Under the pieces are notes generated by a model. That model worked only from the letters and a program-made list of their open reading frames with translations. It was not told the origin of the DNA and did no database searches. This document shows positions 15,926 to 28,780 of a stretch of DNA of 64,000 bases, piece by piece; the stretch's first letter is position 1; every line of letters begins with the position of its first letter. The DNA is from the human T2T-CHM13v2.0 reference genome, Homo sapiens. The DNA is taken from NCBI RefSeq assembly GCF_009914755.1, contig NC_060947.1. The stretch is one strand, 5' to 3'. The translations under genes and the position numbers were made by a program.

Positions 15926-16725
15926 AAGCCTAGAACATCTTGCTGTGTCAGAAAGTAAGAAGGGACTCAAATAACTGTAAGCTATGACAAAAGGACCCTG
16001 AAGTAAATTTGAAGGTGCTCTCACTAGCCATATCTGGGACAATATGAGATTCAAAATAAATAATAGTATTAATATAACTCATTGAATAAAATGGGAAATA
16101 ATTAGTTCACATTTATATAAATAAATAACCAATCAATCAATGGAAAGAAGAGAGAGCTCTTCCTTGCTACTATAAGGACAACTAATTAGTATAGAAGAAA
16201 TAATATAATTAGAAAATATTTATTTTGCAACCATCATAGTAATAGTTAATTCAGGCAGAAACATCAATAATTGCTAAAACTAGGGGTGAAAGTGGGATGA
16301 TAAATGAATATTTACATAGCTTCAAAGTATCTTTCCACAAACTAATTAATTACAAAGGTAAAAGAATAAATTTACAGGGGAAAATCTGGAAGGTATCACC
16401 AAGAAATCAAACTTAACGTTAGCAGCAATTGGACATATTGACATTTGTACTTCTGATATGATGTACTGTGAAGGGTACAACATCACTTTCATAGTATTCC
16501 TGCCAAACATGCTTAACCTGCATCTAATCATGAGGAAGCATCAGACAAATCTTAACGTTTTGCCCATTATTGCAATAATGGCAAATGTAATAATTTGCCA
16601 TTATTGCAATAGTTGGTGAAACTTGAATGTACTCTCTGGGTGAAGAATACATGGGAGTTGTTGTATTTATCTTGTAGTTTTCCCTCTGTAAGTTTAAAAT
16701 TGTTTCCAAATAAAAAATTTAAAAA
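15926..16725 (+). mobile_element. L1MC-type 3'UTR fragment
   Basis: tagaacatcttgctgtgtcagaaagtaag, homologous to 20357-20530. Ends in an A-rich tail. Confidence 0.7.
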
Positions 16726-16726
16726 G

Positions 16727-17020
16727 GGGCCAGGAGTGGTGGCTCATATCTGTAATCCTAGCACTTTGGGAGGCCAAGGGAGTTGAGCCCAGGAGTTCGA
16801 GGCCTGGGCAACATGGTGAAACTCTGTCTCTACTAAATATATAAAAATTAGCCAAGTGTGGTGGCACATGCCTGTAGTCCCAGCTACTTGGGAGGCTGAG
16901 GTGGGAAGATCACCTGAGCCTGGGGAGGTCGAGGCTACAAGTGAGCTGTGATTGTATCACTGCACCCCAGCCTGGGTGACAGAGTAAGACCACCTCTCAA
17001 AAACACAAAGAAATTTAAAA
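16727..17020 (+). mobile_element. AluJ-like with small internal deletions
   Basis: Diverged Alu dimer. Confidence 0.9.
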
Positions 17021-17026
17021 AGGAAA

Positions 17027-17460
17027 TATGTGCCAGGCACTGTCCCAGGTAGTAGAATACTTCTGGCAACAAAAACAGATACAAATTTCTGCTCTCATGG
17101 ATTTTACCTTTTAGTGGGAGGAAATGAACACTAAATAAATCATTATACTGTAGTACGAATAAGAAAAAATATTTAAAAAATCATATCAAGTCATTTGGGA
17201 ATAAATGCAATCATTAATAATAAACCAGAGGAAGAGCATAAGAGAGTGACTCCAGGACCTACCTATGTGGGCTGATAGGTGCTCTATTTAAATTAGGCTA
17301 GTCAGCAAAGGTCTCTTTGAGAGGTAATGTTTGAGTGGAGACCTAAAAGATAAAAGATTCAGTTATGCAAAGGTCTAGGGAAAGAGCACTCCAGGCATAG
17401 GAACCAGCAAGTTCAAAGTTCAAAGGACCTGAGGTGGGAATGAGCTTGGGATTTTTAGGA
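17027..17460 (-). mobile_element. L2 fragment
   Basis: tgtgccaggcactgt..., ctgctctcatgga and agagcactccaggcatagg match antisense L2 3' region wording. Confidence 0.7.
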
Positions 17461-17562
17461 GTACCCCCTGGGATTATGAAGGTAGTTTAACATTGACTCC
17501 AACATTAAAAACAAAACCAAAAACAAACAAAAACAAAACAAAACAGGTGAGAATTTACAGCT

Positions 17563-17805
17563 ATATAGTATGAACAGCAGAACTCTGAAATTTGACTTCT
17601 GGGTTCAAATCCAGTTTCTGCTACCAGCTATGTGACTCTGCGAAAACGCCTTAATCTTTCTGTGCCTCAGTTCCCTCATTTGTACATGAGAATTAATAAT
17701 AGCTCCAACCTAAATAGGTTACTTGGAGAATTAAACGGATGAGTACGTGTAAAATGCTTAGGACAGTGTCCAGTGTGCTAACCCAATATATATTAGAAAT
17801 TATCT
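17563..17805 (+). mobile_element. MIR
   Basis: Core ctgggttcaaatccag...tgtgac...ctgtgcctcagttccctcatttgta. Confidence 0.85.
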
Positions 17806-19349
17806 TAACTGATTTGGCCTGGGCTCATTAACTGCCTGGTTGGTGTGTATGTGGCAGGATCCCAGGAAGTATAGCTTGTCTGGTTGTATGTTTCTGAGAG
17901 GGGACAGAGGAGCCCAGTCCTAAGAAATGTGACGTTGCACAGTAAGGGATGAAGGCTGCTTCCTGCTCATTCCTAGCCCCTACCAAAACCAGGTCCTGTG
18001 AAAGGGATTCTATCAGGTGTGACCCATTGAATAAAACAGGAAACCATGAATTTCCATTTGCATACATAAATAAAGACACAGTCAAAATCCCTTATTGAAG
18101 CCTAATTCTAATTTTTTATACTTAACCTAGACCCAAATTCAACTCATGTTTGAACTCTTCTAAATAAAAGCCATTCCTAATCTCTGTCCTGTATACAAAT
18201 GAAGTCCTGACCCTTTGTCCAACCAAATCCTGACCACTTCTCCAGTCCGAAGTCTGCTGCTGGCTCCAAATCTAGCCTAGATCCGAATTTCACTCCAAGA
18301 GGTCCAAACTTGGCCCCATCTTCGGCCCCCCATCTTCACTTAATCTGTTACTGGCCTTGACTCAGGCCCCATTACAGCTCCGGTCTCAATCTTGGTGCTG
18401 TACTGGATAACTGTGCTGATCTTAGAAACATTTCTTATGAGGCACTCAGATTCCTGCCTTTCATTCCTAACATTTTTTAGGTGAACCATTGTGTTGGGGT
18501 GAATGAAATTATCTTGGGTGATGAGAGATGCTACTTCCATAATTTATTAGGGCCTGATCTTTCACTTATTTATTATTATCCCCTCAATGTGCTATTCCTT
18601 TTTGTCTTTGCTCGCGTTCTTCTCTTTAACTGCAATGCCTCCTCTGCTCCTGATCACCTCCCCAAATCCTTTAATGATCAACTCTTGATACTATATGTAG
18701 TGATACTATACTTCCCTTAGGACATGTTTCTGGGCCAGTGGATTCTATACCAATGTCTTTTGGACTTGCACTCACACTTTGTTTTACATCCTGATTTTTG
18801 GTGGAAAATTTCTATATAGGAGGGGCTGATCATTGGCATTCTGGGTGAATTGGTTCTTGAAAGTACATTTGCACAGCACTTTACCAGAAATTGAGAAAAC
18901 AAATTTTCTAAATCAAATAATTTCAGGAGGGCTTCCATTTTGGGCAGCAGGATAACCTGAATGACCTTTCTGATTTAAACAACTAAAATTTTTAATAGAA
19001 TATAAAGAAAATTAGATAGTTTAAAATGCCCTATTGAACTACCATTAGATTAAGAAGCAGATAAATCCTCAAAACAAGGTAGAGTATACGCATATAATGA
19101 GATTCTACTGAGAATTAAAGAGGACAAATGATGGAAACATGCTACAACATGGATGAACCTCAGAAACCTCATGCTAGGTGAAAGAAGGCAGGTACAGATG
19201 AGTATATACTATTTGATTCCACTTAAATGAACTTCAAGAACAGGTAAAACTAACCTATGGTATTAGAAACCAAGATAGTGTCTACACTTAGGGAGTAGTA
19301 CTGGGAAGGGGCATGAGGGAAACTTCTGAGAGAAATGTTCTCTCTCTCT

Positions 19350-19800
19350 TTTTTTTAAGAGACCAGGTCTCACCCTGCAGACTGGAATGCAGTGGTGCAA
19401 TCATAGCTCACTGTAACCTCAAACCCCTGGGCTGTAACAACCCTCCCACCTTAGCCTCCCAAGTAGCTGGGACTATAGGTGTGTGCCACTATGCCAGGCC
19501 AATTTTTTTTTTTTTTTTGAGGCAGGGTCTCAGTCTGTCTCCCAGTATGGAATGTAGTGGTGCGCTCTTGGCTCACTGTAGTCTCTGCCTCCTGGGCTCA
19601 AGTGATCCTTCCACTTTAGCCTCCCAAGTAGCTGGGACTACAGGTGCATGCCACCACGCCTGGCTAATTTTTATATTTTTTGTAGAGATGGGGTTTTGCT
19701 ATGTTGCCTAGGCTGGTCTTGAACTCCTGGCCTTAAGTGATCCTCTGACCTCCGCCTCCCAAAGTGCTGGGATTATAGGTGTAAGTCACCATGCCTGACT
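19350..19800 (-). mobile_element. AluJ right-arm fragment followed by a full AluJ
   Basis: Monomer 19350-19502 and dimer 19503-19800, both with diverged J-type sequence. Confidence 0.9.
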
Positions 19801-19831
19801 GTTCTATATATCTTGTTCTGAGTGATGAAGA

Positions 19832-19855
19832 TTTTTCTTTCTTTCCTTTCCTTTC

Positions 19856-19929
<74 letters not shown>

Positions 19930-19939
19930 CTTTCTTTCT

Positions 19940-19983
<44 letters not shown>

Positions 19984-20014
19984 TGTCTCTCTCTCTCTCT
20001 CTTTCTTTCTTTTT
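19832..20014. repeat. (TTTC)n / (TC)n polypyrimidine microsatellite
   Basis: Directly visible ~180 bp tract. Confidence 0.97.
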
Positions 20015-21415
20015 GTATATTTGCAAATTCATACAGCTGTTATTTGTGCTTGGAACCTACCCAAAGTCGGAAATGTAGTAGGAGAACCCCTGAGCAGAAA
20101 AAAAATGAAATTTCTAAAGACTGCACCTTAGTGTAAAGGTAAAGGAGAAATAAACCCTGTCAAGCAGAAGGGCAGAAAGAAAAATTGCTCATTTTGACTT
20201 TGTTGCTGAATTGAAAGAAAAAATTTCCCTATTGTAGCAATGGGGCACACCTAGGACCCAGATCTTGGATTTTAAGTATTATTTCTGACTAAAAAGGACT
20301 CAGAATGCCTTGGAATAATAGCTGATTCCAGGGCTGGATCAGGGAAGTTATAAGGCTGGAACATCTTGTGGTGGCAGAAAGTAAGGAAATGTCCTCCAGA
20401 TGGTAGGTGCATGTCACAAGGACATAGGAGTCACCTTGAAGGAGTTTGCACTGGCCAGATCTGAGGCAATTTGATCATCATAATAAATAAAAATGTTAAC
20501 AGATTATAACCATTGAATAAAATAGGGATCTATGAGTCTGCTCCAATAAATAAATAAATAAATGCAAGTCACATGTAGCTGGTGGCTACCTTATTGGATA
20601 GCACAGCTCTAGAGGATCTCACATATTTACATGAGGAGTCATGTATAAAAATGCCTATTGTAACATTGTTTGTAATAGCAGAAAATTAGAAGCAATATAA
20701 AAGTACATCAGAAGTAGAATGAATAAATAAAATTGTGGTTTATTTAGACAATGAAGCACATACAGCAGTGAAATGAATAATTTACTGTTACATGGGCCAA
20801 CGTGGATGAAGCTCAGAGACATAATGTTAACTGAAAAAGCAAGTCATAAAAGAAAACACAAAATAATCTTTGATATAAAATTCAAAAGCAGGCAAAACAA
20901 GATATATAAGGATACAAACATAGCTAACAAATTAAATAGAAACAAGAAGCTACAAAATTTAGGGTAGTGGTTGTTTTTGTATAGGGGGAGTGCTGTGTGT
21001 ATTGGGAAGGGCTTTTAAGGTAATATGTACCTGGGTAGTCATGTCTTTACTTTTTCTTTTTTTTGCCTGACACTTTCCACATGGAGATACATGTCATTAT
21101 TTTTAAATTGCTTTTATATATGACACTTTAAGTTTTTAAATTAAAATTTTTTATTGAGGTGAAATTCACATAACCATAAAACTAACAATTTTATTTATTA
21201 TTTTTTATTTTTCCATAAGTTATTGGGGTACAGGTGGTATTTGGTTACATGAGTAAGTTCTTTAGTGGTGATTTGTGAGATTCTGGTGCACCCTTCACCC
21301 AAGTAGTATACTCTGCAACATATTTGTAGTCTTTTATCCCTTGCCCCCCTCCTACTCTTTCCCCCGAGTCCCCAAAGTCCATCGTATCATTCTTATGCCT
21401 TTGCATCCTCACAGC

Positions 21416-24400
21416 TTAGCTCCCACATATCAGTGAGAACATACGATACTTGGTTTTCCATTCTTGAGTTACCTCACTTAGAGTAATAGTCTCCAGTCTC
21501 ATCCAGGTCACTGCAAATACTGTTAATTCATTCCTTTTTATGGCTGCATAGTATTCCATCATATATACATATACCACAGTTTCTTTATCCACTCGTTTAT
21601 TGATGGGCATTTGGGTTGGTTCCACGATTTTGCAGTTGTGGATTTTGCTGCTGTAAACGCGTGTGCAAGTATCTTTTTTGAATAATGACTTCTTTTCCTT
21701 TGGGTAGATACCCAGTAGTGGGATTGCTGGATCAAATGGTAGTTCTACTTTTAGTTCTTTAAGGAATCTCCACACTGTTTTCCATAGTGGCTGTACTAGT
21801 TTACATTCCCATCAGCAGTGTAGAAGTGTTCCCTGTTCGCTGCATCCACACCAATATCTACTGTTTTTTGATATTTTGATTATGGCCATTCTTGCAGGAG
21901 TAAGGCAGTATCTCATTGTGGTTTTGATTTGCATTTCCCTGATCATTAGTGATGTTGAGCATTTTTTTCATGTGTTTGTTGGCCGTTTGTATATCTTCTT
22001 TTGAGAATTGTCTATTCATGTCCTTATCCCATGTTTTGATGGATTATTTGTTTTTTTCTTACTGATTTGAGTTTTGTAGATTCTGGATATTAGTCCTTTG
22101 TCAGATGTATACATTGTATAAATTTTCTCCCACTCTGTGGGTTGTCTGTTTACTCTGCTGACTGTTCCTTTTGCCTTGCAAAGCTCTTTAGTTTAATTAG
22201 GTCCCAGCTATTCATCTCTGTTTGTATTGCATTTGCTTTTGGATTCTTGTCCATGAAATCCTTGCCTAAGCCAATGTCTAGAAGGGTTTTTCCGATGTTA
22301 TCTTCTAGAATTTTTATAGTTTCAGGTCTTAGGTTTAAGTCCTTAATTTATCTCGAGTTGATTTTTGTATAAGGTGAGAGATGAGGATCCAGTTTCATTC
22401 TCCTACATGTGGCTAGCCAATTATTCCAGCACGATTTGTTGAATAGGCTGTCCTTTCCCTGCTTTATGTTTTTGTTTGCTTTGTTGAAGATCAGTTGGCT
22501 GTAAGTATTTGGGTTTATTTCTGGGTTCTCTATTCTGTTCCATTGATCTATGTGCCTATTTTTATACCAGTACCACACTGTTTTGGTGACTATGGCCTTA
22601 TAGTATAGTTTAAAATCAGGTCGTGTGATGCCTCCACAATTGTTCTTTTTGCTTAGTCTTGCTTTGGCTATGTGGGCTCTTTTTTGTTTCCATATCAATT
22701 TTAGCATTGTTTTTTCTAATTCTGTGTGGAATGATGGTGGTATTTTGATGGGATTGTGTTGAATTTGTAGATTGCTTTTGGCAGTATGGTCATTTTCACA
22801 ATATTTATTCTACACATCCATGAGCATGGGATGTGTTTCCATTTGTTTGTGTCATCTGTGATTTCTTTCAGCAGTGTTTTGTAGTTTTCCTCGTAGAGGT
22901 CTTTCACATCCTTGGTTAGGTATATTCCTAAGTATTTTATTTTATTTTTGTAGCTGTTGTAAAAGGGGTTAAGTTCTTGATTTGATTCTCTGCTTGGTCG
23001 CTCTTGGTATATAGCAGAGCTATTGATTTGTGTACATTAATTTGTATCCAGAAACTTGGCTGAGTTTTTTTTATCAGTTCTAGGAGCTTTCTGGAGGAGT
23101 CCTTAGGGTTTTCAAGGTAAACGATCATATCGTCAGCAAACAGTGACAGTTTGACTTCCTCTTTAGCAATTTGGATGCCTTTTATTTCTTTTTCTTGTCT
23201 GATTGCTCTGGCTAGGACTTCTAGCACTATATTGAAGAGGAGTGGTGAGAGTGGGTATCCTTGTCTTTTTCCAGTTCTCAGAGGGAATGCTTTCAACTTT
23301 TCCCCATTCAGTATTATGTTGGCTGTGGGTTTGTCATAGATGGCTTTTATTACACTAAGGTATGTCCCTTGTATGCCGATTTTGCTGAGAGTTTTAATCA
23401 AAGTGATGCTGGATTTTGTTGAATGCTTTTTCTGCATCTATTGAGGTGATCATGTGATTTTTGTTTTAATTCTGTTCGTGTGGTGTATCACATTTATTGA
23501 CTTGTGTATGTTAAATCACACCTCCATCCCTGGTATGAAACCCACTTGATCATGCTGGATTATCTTTTTGATATGTTGTTGGATTCTGTTAGCTAGTAGC
23601 TTGTTAAGGATTTTAGCATCTATGTTCATCAAGGATATTGGTCTGTAGTTTTCTTTTTTGGTTATATCCTTTCCTGGTTTTGGTATTGGGGTGATGCTGG
23701 CTTCATAAAATGAATTAGGGAGAGTTCCTTTTTTCTCTGTCTTGTGGAATAGTGTCAAAAGGATTGGTACCACTTCTTTGAATGTTTGGTAGAATTCTGC
23801 TGTGAATCTGTCTGGTCTTGGACTTTTTTTTTGTTGGTAATTTTTAAATTACCATTTCAGCCTCGCTGCTTGTTATTGGTCTGTTCAGGGTATCTAATTC
23901 TTCCTGATTTAAGCTAGGAGGGTTGTATTTTTCCAGGAATTTATCCACCTCTTCTAGGTTTTCTACTTTATTTGCATAAAGGTGTGTTCATAGTACCCTT
24001 GAATGATCTTTTGTATTTCAGTGGTGTCAGTTGTAATATCTCCTGTTTCATTTCTTAGTGAGGTTATTTGGGTTTTCTCTCTTCTTTTCTTGGTTAATCT
24101 TGCTAATGGTCTATCCATTTTATTTACCTTTTCAAGGAACCAGATTTTTGTTTTATTTATCTTTTGTATTTTTTGTTTGTTTCAATTTCATTTAGTTCTG
24201 CTCTGATCTTGGTAATTTCCTTTCTTCTGTTGGGTTTGGGTTTGGCTTATTCTTGTTTCTCTAGTTCCTTGAGGTGTGAACTTAGAATGTCAGTTTGTGC
24301 TCTATCAGTCTTTTTGATGTAGGCACTTAGGACTATAAACTTTCCTCTTAGCGTTGCCTTTGCTGTATCCCCAAGGTTTTGATAGGTTGTGTCATTATTC

Positions 24401-25289
24401 TCTCAGTTCAAAGAATTTTTAAATTTCCTTCTTGATTTCATTTTTGACCCAATGCTCATTCAGGAGCAGATTATTTAATTTTCATTTATTTGCATGGTTC
24501 TAAAAGTTCCTTTTGGAGTTGATTTCCAGTTTCATTCCACTGTGGTCTGAGAGAGTGCTTGATATAATTCTGAAGTTTCCTTTTGGAGTTGATTTCCAGT
24601 CTTATTCCACTGTGTGTGGTCTGAGGGAGTGCTTGACAGAATTTCAATTTTCTTAAATTTACTGAGGCTAATTTTATGGCCTATCGTATGGTCTACCTTG
24701 GAGAAAGTTCCATGTGCTGTTGAATAGAATGTGTATTCTGTGGTTGTTGGACGAAATGTTCTGTATATATCTGTTAAGTCAATTTGTTCCAAGGTGTAGT
24801 TTAAATCCATTGTTTCTTTGTTCACTTTCTGTCTTGATGACCTGTCTAATGCTGTCAGTGGAATACTGAAGTCCCCCACTATTATTTGTTGCTGTCTATC
24901 TCATTTCTTAGGTCTATTAGTAATTGTTTTATAAATTTGGGGTCTCCAGTGTTAGGTGCATATATGTTTAGGATTGTGATATTTTCCTGTTGGACAAGGC
25001 CTTTTACCATTATATAATGTCCCTCTTTGTCTCTTCTAGCTGCTGTTGCTTTAAAATTTGTTTTGTCTGTTATAAGAATAGCTACCCCTGCTTGCTTTTG
25101 GTGTCCATTTGCATGAAATGCCTTTTCCCACCCCTTTACTTTATGTTAGTCCTTATGTGTTAGGTGAGTCTCCTGAAGGCAGCAGATGGTTGGTGAGTTC
25201 TTATCCATTCTGCATCTTTTAAGTGGAGCGTTTAGGCCATTTACATTCAATGTTAGTATTGAAATGTGAGGTACTGTTACTTTCATCAT
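21416..25289 (-). pseudogene. Disrupted L1 ORF2 (APE endonuclease + reverse transcriptase)
   Basis: Fragments [65 protein letters not shown] and [14 protein letters not shown] lie in different frames. Confidence 0.92.
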
Positions 25290-25375
25290 GCTTTTTGTTG
25301 CCCATGTACTTTGATTTTTTTGTTTTTTGTTTTTGCTTTTTAACATGTATTTTTCTTTTATAGGTCCTGTGTGAT

Positions 25376-26397
25376 TTATGCTTTAAAGAGGTTCTGTTTT
25401 GATGTGTTCCCAGGATTTGTTTCAAGATTTAGAGTTCCTTTTAGCAATTCCTGTAGTGGTGGCTTGGTAATGGTGAATTCTCTCAGCATTTGTTTATCTG
25501 AAAATGACTGTATCTTTCCTTCATATATGATGCTTAGTTTTGCTGGATACAAAATTCTTGGCTGATAATTGTTTTGTTTGAGGAGGCTGAAGATAGGGCC
25601 CCAATCCCTTCTAGCTTGTAGGGTTTCTGCTGAGAAATCTGCTGTTAATCTGCTAAGTTTTCCATTATAGGTTACCTGGTGCTTTTGTCTCGCAGCTCTT
25701 AAAATTCTTTCTTTCGTCTTAACTTCGGATAACCTTATGATAATGTGGCTAGGCGAAGATCTTTTTGCGATGAATTTTCCAGGTATTCTTTGTGCTTCTT
25801 GTATTTGGATGTCTGGGTCTCTAGCAAGGCCAGGGAAGTTTTTCTTGATTATTCTACTGAATATGTTTTCCAAGCTTTTACGGTTCTCTTCTTTCTTAGG
25901 AACACTGATTATTCTTATGTTTGGTTGTTTAACATAATCCCAGACTCCTTGGAGACTTTGTTCATATTTCCTTACTCTTTTTTCTTTGTCTTTGTTGGAT
26001 TAGGTTAATTCGAAGACCTTGTCTTTGAGCTCTGAATTTCTCTCTTCTACTTGTCCGGTTCTATTGCTGAGACTTTCGCAGAGCATTTTGCATTTCTAAA
26101 ATTGTGTCCACAGTTTCCTGAATTTTTGACTGTTTTGTGTTTAAGCTATCTATTTCTTTGAATATTTCTCTCTTCAATTCTTGTATCATGTTTTTGGATT
26201 TCCTTGCATTGGGTTTCGTCTTTCTCTGGTCCCTCCTTGATTAGCTTAATAACTAACCTCCTGAACTCTTTTTCAGATAAATCAGGGACTTCTTCTTGGT
26301 TTGGATCCATTGCTGGTGAACTAGTGTGATTTTTTGGGGGGTGTTGAAGCACCTTGTTGTGTCATATTACCAGGGTTGGTTTTCTGGTTCCTTCTCA
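25376..26397 (-). pseudogene. Disrupted L1 ORF1
   Basis: 165-aa fragment with IQEAQR, RLTADFSAETLQARRDW and YPAKLS. Confidence 0.9.
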
Positions 26398-27799
26398 TTT
26401 GGGTAGGCTCTGTTAGAGGGAAGGTCTAAGGCTGAAGGGATGTTCCCTTGATGTAGTAGTCTCCCCCTTTTCCTATGGATGTGGCTTCCTATGAGTCGAA
26501 ATGCAGTGATTGTTGTCTGTCTTCTGGGTCTAGCTACCCAGCGAGTCTACCTGGCTCCCGGCTGGTACTGGGGGTTGTCCGCAGAGTCATATCATGTGAA
26601 CATGAACCATCTGTGGGTCTCTCAGCTGTGTATACCAGCGCCTGTTCCTGTGGAGGTGGCAGGGGCAGGGTGGGGGGTGTGCAATAGATTCTGTGAGGAT
26701 TCTTAGCTTTGTTGGTTTAATGCTCTTTTTTTGTGCTGGTTGACCTCCTGTCAGGAGGTGGTGGTTTCCAGAAAGCATCTGCTATAGTAATATAGAAAGG
26801 GACCGGCAGTGGGTGGGGCCCTAAAACTCCCAAGATTATATAACCTTTGTCTTCCACTACCAGGGTGGATAGGGAAAGACCATCAGGTGGGAGTGGGGCT
26901 AGGTGTGTCTGAGCTCACACTCTCCTTGGGTGGGCCTTGCTGTGGGTCTGTGGAGGGTGGGGGTGAGATTCCCAGATCACTGGAGTTGATTACCTAGGAG
27001 AATTATGGCTGCCTCAACTGAGTCATGCAGGTTGTCAGGGAAGTGAGGGAAGGCCAGCAGTCGCAGATCTCACCCAGCTCCCAGCAAACGAAGGGCCTGT
27101 CTCATACCCACTGTGCCCCCACAACAGCCCCAAGTCTGTTTCCAGGCGGAGGACATGACAGGCTTGAAAACTTGCCCCCGGCTACTCACCTTCCAGCTGT
27201 GATAGAAAAGGGCTTGGTTCTTCCCCTGCTTGTGGAGTCTGCACACCGGATTTGCGCCCTCCCCTGAGTTCTGATCAGGAGGCTTCTTGCCTGTTCAAAT
27301 TGTTACAAAGTTCATCTAGAGATTTCCTTCTCCCTGTGGAGCTTTACCCCCTGCTCCTCTGGTCATCATCCCGCTGGATCCCTGTGGTGCCAGGCAGGAA
27401 TAGCCTGTGAGGGGACGCAGCCAGCTCCCCGGGCCTTTCTGCTGCTTCCTCTACCCCTATATTTCGCTCGGCTCTCTAAATTGACTCAACTCCAGGTAAA
27501 GTCAGAAACTTGTCCTGCAAACAGAACTTCAGCTTCTCCAATGGGAGTGTGTGTTCAGGAGAGGAGGGTCTCCCTTTCCCATTTCCGCTGTTCGGGCGCT
27601 CACAGTATTTGGGGCGTCTCCTGGGTCCTGCAGGTGCAGTCTGCTTCCTTCAGAGGGTCTTTGGGTCCTCTTGGGATTGCTTGGGATTCTTGCAGTTGAT
27701 CTGGAGCTGAAATTTACAACGTGAGCTTCCACCAACTGCTCTGTCCAGAGCTGCAATCTAATCTTGCCCTCCGTCCGCCATGATTGCCAAACACCTGAA

Positions 27800-28350
27800 A
27801 CTAGTTTAAAGTGTCCTCTTCAGTGGCATTACTGTGCGACTACTCCATCTATCTAGTTTCACAACATTCTCATCACCCCAAAAGAAAACCCTATTACCAT
27901 CAAGAAATCAATTCCCATTTCTCACTTCCACAGCATCTGGAAACTACCAATCTACATTCTTTTTCTATGCATTTATCTGTTCTGAATACCTCATATTAAA
28001 TAGAATCATTAAATATGTGACCTTTTGTGTTTAGCTTCTTTCACTTAGCATAATGATTTTGTGGCTCATCCATGTTGTAGCATGTATCAGTTTTTCATTC
28101 CTTTTCATGGCTGAATAATATTTCATTGTAAGTAAATACCACAATTTGTTTCTCCATTCATATGTTGATGGACATTTGGGCTCTTTCCACCTTTTAGCTA
28201 TTGTGAATAGTGTTGCTATGAACATACAGGTACATGTATTTGCGTACTAGTTTTCATTTCTTTTGGGTAAATACCTAGGAGTGGAATTGCTGGGTCATAT
28301 GGCAACTCCATGTTTAACTTTTAGAGTAACTGTCAAACTGTTTTTCACAG
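27800..28350 (-). mobile_element. L1MB-like 3' end, continuing the element split at ~21140-21190
   Basis: attgaggtgaaattcacataacc (21153) resumes as tttaaagtgt...cagtggcatt. Confidence 0.8.
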
Positions 28351-28424
28351 CACCTTATATGTATACTTTACAATAAAAAATTTTTAAAAACCCAATAAAA
28401 GGCTGGAGATGTTAATGGAGTTAA

Positions 28425-28780
<356 letters not shown>

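Larger units (their letters stand above)
18930..21130 (+). mobile_element. Patchwork of old L1M fragments with Alus, a microsatellite and a short hAT (MER3/33-like) end at ~20565-20612
   Basis: catgctacaacatggatgaacctc, L1MC-like 20230-20545, and gtggctaccttattggatagcacagctctag. Confidence 0.6.
21190..27790 (-). mobile_element. Full-length decayed LINE-1, L1PB1-like 3' end with complete 5'UTR
   Basis: 3' end ccataagttattggggtacaggtggtatttggttacatg. ORF2, ORF1 and a GC-richer 5'UTR are colinear, ending ccgtccgccatgatt. Inserted into an older L1 3'UTR. Confidence 0.92.

Noticed and set aside
16559-16611. MADE1 mariner MITE
   Set aside because: Shares only the tttgccatta/taatggcaaa core and lacks the long terminal inverted repeats.
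18340-18938. Two - strand ORFs (66 and 73 aa) in unique DNA
   Set aside because: Chance-length ORFs with no recognisable family or supporting gene structure.
19733-20136. K/E/R-rich and F/L/S-rich ORFs (also 43380-43751)
   Set aside because: Translations of (TTTC)n microsatellites.
21416-26397. Reverse transcriptase/endonuclease as an active or novel RT system
   Set aside because: Ordinary LINE-1 ORF2 broken by many stops and frameshifts, so not retrotransposition-competent.
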